Assembly (NCBI GenBank): GCA_963695545.1
Contig: OY968796.1
Coordinates: 864,001 to 928,000 of the forward strand
DNA length: 64,000 nucleotides
Source: Terriglobia bacterium
GTDB taxonomy: Bacteria > Acidobacteriota > Terriglobia > Acidiferrales > UBA7541
Direction of reading: 5' to 3'
Shown: piece after piece, positions 1 through 10,008 of the stretch
How the letters are laid out: the number at the start of each line of letters is the position of its first letter
Numbering within the stretch: position 1 is the stretch's first letter
The notes under the pieces: model-generated
What the model saw: the letters and a program-made list of their open reading frames with translations, nothing else
What the model was told of the DNA's origin: nothing
Database searches by the model: none
Position numbers and translations under genes: made by a program

Positions 1-1059
1 GGCGAAGCGCGGGCGCTCCAGTTGCGGCAACGCGCCACAACGCTCGAACCGGGCAATGCCATCTACTGGCTCGCGCGCGCCGTGAGCGAGGACGAAGCTG
101 GCGTGCCCGAAAGCGCGGGGCCCGATTACCTGCGGGCGCGCGAACTGTTCCCGTTTTCGCCCGACGCGAACCGCGCACTCGGCGAATATTATTTGCGGCA
201 GGGGCGCATCGACGACGCGCTTGATGCGCTGCGTTTCGCGATTGCGGCCGATCCCGGAATGCGGCCGGCGGTATTCGGCGAATTGTTGCGCGCAGGCGTC
301 GGAGCGCGCGAGGTGCTCGAGCGCGGCGTGCCGCCGGATCGCGAGGCGCTGGTGGCCTATCTCGATGTGCTCGCCGCGGAGGGCGCGCTCGACGACGCCC
401 ATATAGTGTGGACGCGCATCGAGACGCTCGGGGGAGCTACGCCACGGGACGCTGTTCAATCCGACGCGTTCCAATATATCGATGCGCTGATTCGATTCCG
501 AAGGACCGCGGAGCTCGAAGCGGTGTGGGACGCGGCCGCGCCGGCGGAGGCTGCGGCGGCGCGAGCGTCCGGAAATTCGATCTCAAACGGCAGCTTTGAA
601 GAGCCAATGCTGAACGCGGGCCTGGACTGGCGCGTGAATCCCGTGGACGGAGTGTTCGTGAGCGCGGACGCGAGCGAGGCGCAGGACGGCGCGCGCTCAC
701 TGCGCATCGATTTTGGCGCGCCCGGGAATCTGGATTATCAACACACGGTCCAGTTCGTGCCGGTGGACGCCGATACAGATTACGAATTCAGCGGATACTT
801 GCGCGCTGCGAATATTACGTCCGATTCCGGGCCGCGATTTGAGCTATACGATGTTGCCAATCCGCAGAATCTCGATATTTCAACGAGCGACGTTCGCGGA
901 ACGACTGACTGGACGGCCGAGCGGCTGCGCTTTCACACGGGCGCGGATACGCACTTGTTGATCGTGCGCGTCGGGCGCCCGCCCAGCACGAGTTTCGATA
1001 ATCGCCTTTCGGGAACCGTGTGGATAAACAACGTGCGCCTTGCGAAAGCGGCGAATTAG
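1..1059 (+). CDS. TPR-repeat protein with C-terminal carbohydrate-binding-like (CBM4/9-like) domain, 5' end truncated by the window
   Basis: TPR-like helices (YWLARA, ANRALGEYYLRQGRIDDAL), then NGSFE...GLDW...ARSLRIDF...VWINNVRL, a typical CBM jelly-roll pattern. Stop TAG 1057-1059 overlaps the convergent stop of the next gene. Confidence 0.65.
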   Translation, partial: GEARALQLRQRATTLEPGNAIYWLARAVSEDEAGVPESAGPDYLRARELFPFSPDANRALGEYYLRQGRIDDALDALRFAIAADPGMRPAVFGELLRAGVGAREVLERGVPPDREALVAYLDVLAAEGALDDAHIVWTRIETLGGATPRDAVQSDAFQYIDALIRFRRTAELEAVWDAAAPAEAAAARASGNSISNGSFEEPMLNAGLDWRVNPVDGVFVSADASEAQDGARSLRIDFGAPGNLDYQHTVQFVPVDADTDYEFSGYLRAANITSDSGPRFELYDVANPQNLDISTSDVRGTTDWTAERLRFHTGADTHLLIVRVGRPPSTSFDNRLSGTVWINNVRLAKAAN

Positions 1060-2501
1060 CGCCGGGCCCCGCGGCGTTCGGGCGCATCCGCATCTCCGCC
1101 GGAAAGCGTCCACGCCAAACCTGCAAGCACGGCAAACAACAGCGCGTTGGCCGGAATGTGCAGATTGAAATCGACGACCGCGTGCAACAGCATGGCGCAC
1201 AGGCCGCCGCAGCAACCCAGGAGCAGGAACCGGTCCGCCGAACGAGCCGTGTGTGCAATTCCTCGCAGTGCACGGAACAGAACGAAACCAATGAGAGCGC
1301 AGAGCAGCGCGGCGCCGGGCAAGCCCCACTCAGCGGCGAACTCAAGATAATCGTTGTGCGCGTGGTTCAGGCGCATCGTGAGATGCGACGATTGCACGCG
1401 CGTGAAGGCGTCCTCAAAACTGCCGGGGCCAGCGCCCCAATAAGGGTGCGCGCGGATGAGCTTTGCGGTGTCTTTCCATACGGCGACGCGCGAAGGCAAA
1501 TCCTGTTCGGCGGAGCGGAACCGCGTGAACACAGGCTCAAGACCGACCCAGGCGCCGGCCGCGAACGTGAGCACGACAAGACTCAGTACAATGGCCATGG
1601 CGACCGAACGCAACTGCCGACGCGCGACGCAAACCGCGGCGACGAGCAGGACGCCTGCCGAGGCCGTGGCTATCCCAGCGCGCGATCGCGAAAACAAGAG
1701 CGCGGTCATCAGCACGAGCGTGCCGAAGAGGTAGAAGGCAGCGCGCGGCCCGGCGTCTTCGCGCAGCCACAGGTCGCCGCGGCGACGAGATCCTCGCGAG
1801 TTACCGGTCCATTTCTCGAATTCCCATAGCGCGCGGGCCAAAACGAGCGGCAAGATCATTTCGATGAGGCCGGCGAAATTGTTGGGGTTGATATAAGTGC
1901 CGGTGGCCTGCGCGGTGTAATTGACTTTCGTGAACGCGAGAACTTCCTGCCAGCCGGTCATGTACTGGACAAGACCATAGAACGCCTCGGCCAGACCAAG
2001 CGCCACGAGAATTGCCCAGATGGAGCGGCGCGCTTCGGCGTCGCGCGCGGCGAGCGCGGCGAGCGTGAAACCGCACAGACAAGCGGCGACCGTCAATAAC
2101 TGAACGCGCGCGGGATATGCGGCGGGATGAACGACGGCGACGTCGCACGCCAAATAAATCAGCAGCAGCGCGGGGGCGGGCCACCAAATGCGCGGGCCTT
2201 CGCGAGGCTCGATCCAAAGCGCGCAACCCGCAAGAACGAACAGCAGAATTTCGACCGCCGCAAAGGAGGCGGGCTCCGTGCCGCCGAAGGCCAGAACCGC
2301 TGCGGCCACGGCGCCGACGAGCGCGGATGTGATGATGCGCCAAGAAATCGGCCGCGGATGTTCTACGGAAATTGGCCGAGAGCGGCGATGCGATTTTTCG
2401 GAAGATTGCATCGAGGCCGAATCCGCGGCGGCGCTTCCGTCCACCGCGCGTGACGCAGCCGACGCGGAGAGTCCGTGGCGCGGCTCACGATGCCTACGCA
2501 T
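1056..2501 (-). CDS. O-antigen ligase-like (Wzy_C/WaaL family) membrane protein
   Basis: Many TM segments; motifs GTYINPNNFAG, SRSRAG, R..VW.DT, GAGPGSF, HAHNDYLE. ATG at 2501 overlaps the upstream stop; start uncertain. Confidence 0.85.
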   Translation of the reverse strand: MRRHREPRHGLSASAASRAVDGSAAADSASMQSSEKSHRRSRPISVEHPRPISWRIITSALVGAVAAAVLAFGGTEPASFAAVEILLFVLAGCALWIEPREGPRIWWPAPALLLIYLACDVAVVHPAAYPARVQLLTVAACLCGFTLAALAARDAEARRSIWAILVALGLAEAFYGLVQYMTGWQEVLAFTKVNYTAQATGTYINPNNFAGLIEMILPLVLARALWEFEKWTGNSRGSRRRGDLWLREDAGPRAAFYLFGTLVLMTALLFSRSRAGIATASAGVLLVAAVCVARRQLRSVAMAIVLSLVVLTFAAGAWVGLEPVFTRFRSAEQDLPSRVAVWKDTAKLIRAHPYWGAGPGSFEDAFTRVQSSHLTMRLNHAHNDYLEFAAEWGLPGAALLCALIGFVLFRALRGIAHTARSADRFLLLGCCGGLCAMLLHAVVDFNLHIPANALLFAVLAGLAWTLSGGDADAPERRGARR

Positions 2502-3813
2502 GGTGTTCGCGCCGTGCGCAGTTTTGGGCCGAGCCCGCGAGCAGGCGCTCGAGCCGCGCCAGGACGCGTTCGCTTGCGAAATTTTCCTCAGCGAACGCGC
2601 GGCCACGGCGGCCCAGGCGCGCGCGCTCGCCGGAATCGTCGCGCAATCTCAGGATGGCTTCGGCGAGCGACGCCGCATCCTCAGGCGGCACGACGAAGCC
2701 GCCTCCGGAGCGTTCGATCGTTTGCGCCGCCTGACTGTGCCGGTGGGCCGCGGCGACGACGGGCCTGCCGGACGCGAGATAGGTGAGCAACTTCGAGGGA
2801 ATAACGGAATCACGCACGGCAGCGGACTGGCTAAGCAACAAGAGATCAGCCGCCGCCAGCATCGCGGGCAGGTCCGCGCGCGAAGCGAGGGGAAGAAAGC
2901 GCACGTTCGCGAGGCCGCGGCTTCGAGCCAGCGACTCAAGGCGTGGCCGATCGGCGCCATCGCCGACGAGGCAAATCGTGGTGTCCTGCGCGGCGCGCAA
3001 ATACGCAGCAGCCTCGAGCGCGACGTCGAGCTTTTGCTTTGCGCCCATGTTGCCGATGTGCAGCACAAGGAAATCGCGGCCGAGGTTGTGGGCGCGCCGA
3101 AATTCCCGGCCGGGCGCGCCGGGATGAATGAAACGCGTGTCCACCCAGTCCGGGACGACAACAATGCGTTCTGAAAGCACGCCGGAGCGAAGAACGTGTT
3201 CGCGAAATCCTTCGCAGATCACCAGAATGCCATCGGCACGGCGATAGAGAAAACGCTCGATCGCGCGCGCGAAGCCGATCGCGGCGCGATTGCGCAGCAT
3301 GCCGAGCGAGACAGCGAGATCGGGCACAAGATCCTTGATCTGCAGGAGAAAAGGAACGCCTCGGCTTCTGGCGATGGCCCATGCGGCGAGGCCGGCCTGC
3401 AATGGCGGCGAAATTCCGAATACGAGGTCCACGCGGCCGACCGCGAGGCCGGACAATCCGGCGGCAAGGCCGACCGAGGTATCGAAGACGATGCGGCGCG
3501 CGGGCGTTCGGTGCTTTGGAACCCAAATCCAGTGGCGGCGGACGGCGACTCCGGCGCGCTCTTCGCGAAATCCGAAGTGGCCGCGATAGGAAGGCGGCAC
3601 GCGCCATTCCGGATAGTGCGGCAGTCCCGTGGCCACGGTGACTTTGTGGCCGCAGGCGACCAGATATTCGCACAGCTCAGTGTTGAGCGGAGCAATGCCG
3701 GTGCTATCGGGCGCGTAGGAGCCGGTGACGGCGAGGACGTGCAGCTTGCGCGCGATCGCACGGTCGGCGGCGAGGCGCGGGAGATCGCGCGCGGCGACTG
3801 TGGTTGCGCTCAT
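2494..3813 (-). CDS. GT4 glycosyltransferase (WcaI-like)
   Basis: YAPDSTGIA, PHYPEW, IGNMGAKQKL, PSKLLTYLASGRPV. ATG 3813 forms an ATGA overlap with the upstream gene. Confidence 0.85.
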   Translation of the reverse strand: MSATTVAARDLPRLAADRAIARKLHVLAVTGSYAPDSTGIAPLNTELCEYLVACGHKVTVATGLPHYPEWRVPPSYRGHFGFREERAGVAVRRHWIWVPKHRTPARRIVFDTSVGLAAGLSGLAVGRVDLVFGISPPLQAGLAAWAIARSRGVPFLLQIKDLVPDLAVSLGMLRNRAAIGFARAIERFLYRRADGILVICEGFREHVLRSGVLSERIVVVPDWVDTRFIHPGAPGREFRRAHNLGRDFLVLHIGNMGAKQKLDVALEAAAYLRAAQDTTICLVGDGADRPRLESLARSRGLANVRFLPLASRADLPAMLAAADLLLLSQSAAVRDSVIPSKLLTYLASGRPVVAAAHRHSQAAQTIERSGGGFVVPPEDAASLAEAILRLRDDSGERARLGRRGRAFAEENFASERVLARLERLLAGSAQNCARREHHA

Positions 3814-6800
3814 TGTGGCGAAGCCGCGGCACGCGCGGAGCGGGCGACGGCCGGATCTTCTTTCCATGCGACCGCGCGCAAAGAATTTCCCCAGCGGCCA
3901 GCCAACAAATTCGCAGCGCGGAACGCCGCGCGAAACACGGCGCGCAAAGGGCGCGGTTCGAGAAATCGGTAGAAGCGAAACGTCCAGGGCTGGTAGTAGA
4001 TCAAGCTGCGGCGCATGCGCCAGCTTCGCGCGCCAGCTTCGCCGAACAGACGGACGAGGCGCGCGGGATCGAGGCGATAGACGAAGTTTCCGGCATCTTC
4101 GCACGCGCCCGATATGCCAAGACGTATGGAGAGATGCGTGAGCGCGGCATCGGCCGGCTCGGCGATCACCACGGCGCGACGGGCCACGCGAAACATTTCG
4201 CGCACGCCGCGATACGGATCGGAAAGATGATGCAACCCGTCGTGCACGAAAACAAAATCGAAGCTTGAATCGGCGAACGGAAGGTTTTCGGCGTCGCCGA
4301 CGACCAGATCGAGCGGGAAACCGAATCGCGCGGTGCGTTCGCGCGCGCGCGCGACAGCCGCGGGAGAAATATCCAGCGCGACAACGCGGCGGCCGGTGCG
4401 CGCAACCATTTCCGCTTCCATTCCGGAACCGCAGCAGATGACCAGCACGGTTTCCGCGGCCGCATTCGCCGGGAGCGCGGCGCTCGCGGCGGCGCTCGAT
4501 GCGTTGCGGCGATCGTCCGCGAGGCGCCACGCGTCGCGAATTTTGTAGTTCAATAGATAGCGAACCGGCTCGGGATAGCAGCGCGGGCGCGTGATTTCTT
4601 CCTCGGGGTCTACGCCTTCGCGGTAGAACTCCGCCTGGGCGGCGCGATTCGCGCCGGGCGCGGCGCCAGCGGAGTGCGCGGCTGTCTGTGATCGCCCAGC
4701 GGACGGAGCGACGACTCGAGCGGCGCGTTCACGGGCGCGCTGGCCGAGGCGAATCTCGTATTCCTTTACGCCCACTTGATACCAATAGAATGATTTGAGC
4801 GCGTTGTAGATGAAGCCCGCGCGGCCATCGAGGAAACCTCCGCGCGCGATGTAGGAATAGAAAAAATACAGCCACGGGCGGCCCGGCATGGCGAGAAACC
4901 AGCGCTTGAAGAAGCGGCGCCGCTCGACCTGCGATCCGGCCAGGAGCGGCCGAACTTCGCCCGATACATCTCGATGGCGATAGCGCGTGCGCAGCAGCGC
5001 TTCCCAATCGGAATAAATATTGTGGCGATCGAAGTGATGGTGCAGGTCCGCGAAATCGCGATGCAGGATCACTTCGCGCATGCGGCCCACGGAACCCGCA
5101 ACGCGCACCCATTCGTGAACCTCCACATCGTAGGCAGTGACTTCGGGGACGTCCACGGTCTCAAAGCGCGCGCAGGCGTGACGCACCAGACAAAGTTTCC
5201 AGAGCGGATCGCCGTGGCGCAACTTGCGGCCAAGGAAAAAATAGTGAAAGCGGATGAGAAAGCCGTCGTGCTCGGAGTCCCGGCGCACCACGCGGTCAAT
5301 CTCGACGCCGAGTTCGGGCGAGGCTTCCTCGTCGGCGTCGAGCAGAAGAACCCAATCGTGTTTCCAGGGATGATTTTCGAGCGCCCAGTTCCGTTTGCGT
5401 GGACCGCCCGGCTCGCGCGCGAACGGGACGACGGTGGCTCCATGAGCGCGGGCGATTTCCACGGTGCGGTCACCGCTCGAGGAATCCACGACGACCACTT
5501 CATCGGCCCAAGCCACGCTCGCCAGACACTTCGCCAGGTTCGATTCTTCGTTGCGCGTGGGAATCAGCACGGAGACGGGCACTCGATTGCCGGCCGCCGT
5601 TCGCGCGGCCGCCGGCTCGGCCGCGGAATTCGCGCTAGCGGTCGGGCTGTCGTGCGAATTGCTGGCGCGAGTGGGGCCGCTGCGGCCGGCGGCTGCGCCC
5701 TTACGGGAAATCTCCGCGTAGACTTCGAGAGTTTTCTCAGCCACCGCCGGCCACGTCCAGTTTTGCTCGACCCACGCGCGACCGTGCGCTCCCATGCGGC
5801 GCGCGGTCTCAGGGTCCTCAAGAAGAGTCTCGATCGCGCGTGTGGCGGCTTCGGCTTCGCAAGGAACCACGATGCCGGCTTCGGCCCGCGCGATTTCCGG
5901 CCAGATATTCACGCGATCGGAAATCACCACGGCGGCGCCTGCGGCCATGGCTTCGGCAACCACGTTGCCGAAATTTTCCGAGTACGAGAGCAGCGCGAGC
6001 AATCGCGCGCGACGCAGCAGCGCGACGCGTTCCGAGCCCTGGAGCGGTCCGAGAAACGTGGTGCGATCGAGCACGCCGGCATCGCGCAGCCACGCCTGCA
6101 CCTTCGCGCCGTAGCCGGGGCTTTCAGGGCCCGCGAGCACCAGGCGCGCTTTTCGATTTGCGCGCGCCACGGCGCCGAAAGCGCGCGCCAGCAAATCCAG
6201 GCCTTTTTTGAAATCGATGCGCCCGAAATAGACCACCAGCGGAGAATTTCCGAGATGCTGGAGTTTCTGCGCCATGCGCTGGTCGGCATCGGGCACGGGC
6301 TCGCGAAACCATTCTTCGTCGACACCGCCCGGAACGATGAATCCCCGCGGGCCAGCAGGCGCCGCGCTCTGCGCAGTGCCCGAACCCGTCGCGAGGCGCA
6401 TTTCTTCGGCGGAGTTGAACAGGATGCCCGCAGCGCGACTCCAACATGTGTTTCCAACCAAGCGCGCGTAGACGCGTTTGCGCAGGGGACGGTGCCGCAG
6501 CAGAAATGGATCGAGCGAACCGTGTGGATGCAACAGATACGGTGTGCCGCGCGCGCGGCAGGCGCGCGCCGCCGCCCACACCCAATGACCGTAGTAAGAC
6601 GAGATCTGAACCACGTCGAATTCGCCGACCGTGCGCGCGAGCGCGCCCGCGAGACTGGGCGCGACCTTAAATTCGCGCGGATGCGCCCAAGCGGAAAAAT
6701 AGCGAATGCGAAATCCATCGACAACCTGCGGCTGCTCGAGTGGAACGTGCATGCGCAGCGGGCCATCGGCGTCGGTCGCGTAGATCGTCACCTGGTGGCC

Positions 6801-6893
6801 GCGCTGGGCCAGAGCCCGGCAAAGCGCGGGGCAGGAGATCGAAGGCCCGCCGTATCGCGGCGCGAGACTGCCGATGACTTGTAGAATGCGCAT
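3810..6893 (-). CDS. GT4 + GT2 + class I SAM methyltransferase fusion (1027 aa)
   Basis: GT4 (GGPS, FGRIDFKKG, ENFGNVVAEAMAAG); GT2 (VSVLIPTRNEE, VVDSSSGDRT, LLDADE); MTase (VICCGSG, DISP, GDAENLPFADSSFD, GLHH). Domains are joined by Ala/Ser-rich linkers. Confidence 0.85.
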   Translation of the reverse strand: MRILQVIGSLAPRYGGPSISCPALCRALAQRGHQVTIYATDADGPLRMHVPLEQPQVVDGFRIRYFSAWAHPREFKVAPSLAGALARTVGEFDVVQISSYYGHWVWAAARACRARGTPYLLHPHGSLDPFLLRHRPLRKRVYARLVGNTCWSRAAGILFNSAEEMRLATGSGTAQSAAPAGPRGFIVPGGVDEEWFREPVPDADQRMAQKLQHLGNSPLVVYFGRIDFKKGLDLLARAFGAVARANRKARLVLAGPESPGYGAKVQAWLRDAGVLDRTTFLGPLQGSERVALLRRARLLALLSYSENFGNVVAEAMAAGAAVVISDRVNIWPEIARAEAGIVVPCEAEAATRAIETLLEDPETARRMGAHGRAWVEQNWTWPAVAEKTLEVYAEISRKGAAAGRSGPTRASNSHDSPTASANSAAEPAAARTAAGNRVPVSVLIPTRNEESNLAKCLASVAWADEVVVVDSSSGDRTVEIARAHGATVVPFAREPGGPRKRNWALENHPWKHDWVLLLDADEEASPELGVEIDRVVRRDSEHDGFLIRFHYFFLGRKLRHGDPLWKLCLVRHACARFETVDVPEVTAYDVEVHEWVRVAGSVGRMREVILHRDFADLHHHFDRHNIYSDWEALLRTRYRHRDVSGEVRPLLAGSQVERRRFFKRWFLAMPGRPWLYFFYSYIARGGFLDGRAGFIYNALKSFYWYQVGVKEYEIRLGQRARERAARVVAPSAGRSQTAAHSAGAAPGANRAAQAEFYREGVDPEEEITRPRCYPEPVRYLLNYKIRDAWRLADDRRNASSAAASAALPANAAAETVLVICCGSGMEAEMVARTGRRVVALDISPAAVARARERTARFGFPLDLVVGDAENLPFADSSFDFVFVHDGLHHLSDPYRGVREMFRVARRAVVIAEPADAALTHLSIRLGISGACEDAGNFVYRLDPARLVRLFGEAGARSWRMRRSLIYYQPWTFRFYRFLEPRPLRAVFRAAFRAANLLAGRWGNSLRAVAWKEDPAVARSARAAASPQ

Positions 6894-6959
6894 GGTTTTT
6901 TATCTGCCCGTCAATTCTCCGTGGCTTGCCATTTCTCCGAGGCTCGTCCGATTCGCAGA

Positions 6960-8084
6960 CTAGATCCAGCGCGGCACGACCGAGCGGTAGGCTTCGGCTA
7001 CGGCCTCCGCATGCGCGCGCCAGGTGAATTTCTGCGACGCGATTCGGCCTCGCTCGGCGCGCTCCGCGCGAAGATCGCAGGATTCGCTGAGCCTCGCGAT
7101 TTCGCGCGCCATGCCTTCGACATCGTCCGGGGCGTGGAGCGGCGCGGTTTTCTGCACGACTTCGGGGATCGCCCCGCGATCGGAAGCCACGACGGGCAGG
7201 CCCGAAGCCATGGCCTCGGCGACCGGCCGGCAAAATCCTTCGTGGTAGGAGGGGTAGAGCAAGACGTCGCTTGCGCGATAGAGCTGCGCCATCTCGTCCT
7301 GGGAAAGATTGTCGAGGACCGTCACGCTGTCCGCCGCGCCGAACGCGGCAAACGCCCGCAACTCGGTGGCGCCGATCCCGTATCCAGCTTTGATCAGGTG
7401 TACGGCGCGGTCCGTGCGACGCCGCAGCGCCGAAATGACGCGAAATACCCCCGGCAAATTCTTGCGCGAGTCGTTGCTGCCCACATGCAGAACGTGAATC
7501 GCGCGGGAATCGAATCGGTGGCGCGCGCGAAATTCGGAGATCGCTTCCCGCGGCGGCGCCGAACGGAAGCTCTCGGCAATGCCGTGGTATCCGAGGAACA
7601 TCCTTCGCGGGGACACGCCGAGAAATTCGCGGCATTCCGCGCGGGTGTGTTCGGAAATCACCACGACGGCGGCGGCGCGCCGCAGCGCCCGCAATCGAAA
7701 CGCCGTGGGCAGCATGGCCGCGCGGCTGGGCGCGCCGGGAAAGCGCAGGCGCCCGCGCGATACAGCGACTGGGTAGAGATCATGGCACGTGATCACGGTG
7801 CGGCGCGCCGGCAGAGCGCGCAGCAACTGCGCGTTGGCGTGATCGGAGATATGAAAGAGCTCGGCCCGAAGGCCGCGGGCCCAGCGCACGTACAGCACGT
7901 TGCGAACCCAGCGCTGCGCGAGGCGTCCCTGCATATCGCGTTCGGCAAACGGCGGCCAGGCCACGCGCGCGTCGATTCCCGGCGTTGCGGCCAGACCGTC
8001 GAACAGTTCGTTGACGTACAGCCGCATGCTCATTCCAGCTTGCGAGCGAAGCACCGGCAGCACCGCCACATCGAGTTGATTCAT
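6960..8084 (-). CDS. GT4 glycosyltransferase
   Basis: TCHDL, VGSNDSRKN, PSYHEGFCRPVAEAMASGLPV. Confidence 0.85.
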   Translation of the reverse strand: MNQLDVAVLPVLRSQAGMSMRLYVNELFDGLAATPGIDARVAWPPFAERDMQGRLAQRWVRNVLYVRWARGLRAELFHISDHANAQLLRALPARRTVITCHDLYPVAVSRGRLRFPGAPSRAAMLPTAFRLRALRRAAAVVVISEHTRAECREFLGVSPRRMFLGYHGIAESFRSAPPREAISEFRARHRFDSRAIHVLHVGSNDSRKNLPGVFRVISALRRRTDRAVHLIKAGYGIGATELRAFAAFGAADSVTVLDNLSQDEMAQLYRASDVLLYPSYHEGFCRPVAEAMASGLPVVASDRGAIPEVVQKTAPLHAPDDVEGMAREIARLSESCDLRAERAERGRIASQKFTWRAHAEAVAEAYRSVVPRWI

Positions 8085-8162
8085 TTCGCTGCTTTCCGCA
8101 TTACTTCCCGCGCCCTTTTCCGCAAGGCATCGTTACGGTTGGGAACGCCGAAAACTGTGTAT

Positions 8163-9143
8163 TCACGCGCGCGCCGCTGTGACGGCGGCAGCAGATGCGC
8201 TTTCGGTGCGCCAGATGGTTTTCTCGTGCCAGTATTCGACGGTGCGCCGCAAACCGTCTTCGAGCGTCACGCGCGGCTGCCATCCAACCGTGCGCTCCGC
8301 CTTCGCGGCATTGCCGATCAGCACCTCGATGTCCAGAGGACGCCGCGGAATCGTGTCCCACAGAATTTCGGCGCGCGAGCCGGTCAATTCCTGCAGCGAG
8401 AGCACGAGATCTTCAATGCTGATTCCGCGGCCTGTCGCGAAGTTCAGGACTTGGCCGACGGCGTTGGGATTGCCCAGGCAAGCGAGATACGCGCTTACGT
8501 GATCGTCCACGTGGAGAAGGTCGCGCACCGGCGTGGGAGAGCCCAGGCGAACGCATTGCCCGCGCAGCATCTGCACCACGATGCGCTCGACGATGAAATG
8601 CGTGTTGTCTTTCCGGCCGTAGGTGTTGAATGGCCGGAGAACGGTCGCCGGAAATCCATAGGCGGCGTGCATGTACATCACATACTTTTCCGCGGCCAGC
8701 TTGCTCACCGAATACGGGCTGTTGGGGCACTGCGGCGTGTCTTCAAGTTTCGGCACCGGTCCATTGCCGTAAGTCTCCGAGGTCGAAGCGAACAGAAACT
8801 GTTTGAAGTGCGGCACCTCGCGCAAGCAAGCTTCCGCCAGATGAATCGTGCCTTGAAGATTGGCTTCCATCACTTCGTTGGGATGGTCGTAGCTGTAGGA
8901 GACCGGGCTGATCGCCGCGAGGTGGATCACCGCTTCGGGTTGAACGTCGCGCACCGCCTGGCGCACGGCGAAATGGTCGCGCAAGTCGCAGAAAACCGAG
9001 CGGACCTCGCGATGGCCTCCGAGTACATAACGACCGGTGACGTAGCGTTCGAGCGAATAGACGTGGTGCTCGGACGCCAGGCGTCCGATCAGATGCGCTC
9101 CGATGAAACCCGTTGCGCCAGTGAGAAGAATGCGCATAACCAT
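8163..9143 (-). CDS. NAD-dependent nucleotide-sugar epimerase/dehydratase (extended SDR)
   Basis: TGATGFIG, HLAA, STSETYG, YSVSK, RPFNTYG; GGAGG RBS upstream. Confidence 0.9.
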   Translation of the reverse strand: MVMRILLTGATGFIGAHLIGRLASEHHVYSLERYVTGRYVLGGHREVRSVFCDLRDHFAVRQAVRDVQPEAVIHLAAISPVSYSYDHPNEVMEANLQGTIHLAEACLREVPHFKQFLFASTSETYGNGPVPKLEDTPQCPNSPYSVSKLAAEKYVMYMHAAYGFPATVLRPFNTYGRKDNTHFIVERIVVQMLRGQCVRLGSPTPVRDLLHVDDHVSAYLACLGNPNAVGQVLNFATGRGISIEDLVLSLQELTGSRAEILWDTIPRRPLDIEVLIGNAAKAERTVGWQPRVTLEDGLRRTVEYWHEKTIWRTESASAAAVTAARA

Positions 9144-9234
9144 TACCTCCGTGTGTTCGCGTGACCGAATGACTTCCGCAAATTCCTCAATCAGTTCCTT
9201 CGTGTACGTTCGCGAAGCGCGTGATCGCAGCGCC

Positions 9235-10008
9235 TCACCAGTTCGCGGGCGGCCGGTGCGCCACGGCGATCAGGTTGCGCGTGAAAATTTCGCGCCGCGT
9301 TTGCCCCGTCTCCACGGCGAGAGAGAAACGCAGTACGGCGTTGATTCCCTGCCAGAGCGTCCAGCGCACGGCGCTCGCCGGTCCGTGCACGCGCGGGCCT
9401 TCCGGCAGCACGCGGATGCGCTCAAAGCCGGCGAGGCGCAGCACTTGAGAAATGCTGGACAGCGTGAAGGCCTGCCGATGCGTAAAATCGGAATAGCGAA
9501 TCAGCCCCGCGAGAGGTCCCGAGCCATTCGCGGTGCGCAGGATCAGGCGGCCGCCGGGCCGCAGTGCGTCCAGCTGTGCGCGAAGAAACGCAAGCGTCGC
9601 GGCGGGCTCGATGTGCTCAAGCACATCGAAGTTCGCCAGGCAATCGAAAGACCGGCAGTTCGCATCGAGAAAACTCATGGCGTCGGCTTCGATCGCGCCT
9701 TCGATACCATGGCGTTTGGCGAGCTCGATTTGCTCGCGACTGCGATCTACGCCGCAGGCGTTCGCGTAGCCGCACGACTTGAGGAAATAAAGGAAACTGC
9801 CGCTGCCGCAGCCGATATCCGCAATCCGCGCGGAGCGGTCCGCGGGCAAAAGCGAACCGAAATAATCGCGCCAAGTGCGCCGGTCGGCTTCGAGCGACGC
9901 GCGGTCCTGCGAGCGAATCGACCCGACGTGCGTGGAAACGTAGCGGTCATACGCTTCGTCGCCCGCGGCGCGCGCAGGCTTTGCGCGCACTTCACCCGTC
10001 GATGCCAT
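9235..10008 (-). CDS. class I SAM-dependent methyltransferase
   Basis: ADIGCGSG, FDVLEHI, LRPGGRL. AGGAG RBS before ATG 10008. Confidence 0.85.
   Translation of the reverse strand: MASTGEVRAKPARAAGDEAYDRYVSTHVGSIRSQDRASLEADRRTWRDYFGSLLPADRSARIADIGCGSGSFLYFLKSCGYANACGVDRSREQIELAKRHGIEGAIEADAMSFLDANCRSFDCLANFDVLEHIEPAATLAFLRAQLDALRPGGRLILRTANGSGPLAGLIRYSDFTHRQAFTLSSISQVLRLAGFERIRVLPEGPRVHGPASAVRWTLWQGINAVLRFSLAVETGQTRREIFTRNLIAVAHRPPANW

Noticed and set aside
9144..9234. Protein-like in-frame stretch (YTKELIEEFAEVIRSRE) upstream of the epimerase: gene remnant or extension
   Set aside because: No start codon, too short to identify, and a good RBS sits at the annotated start.
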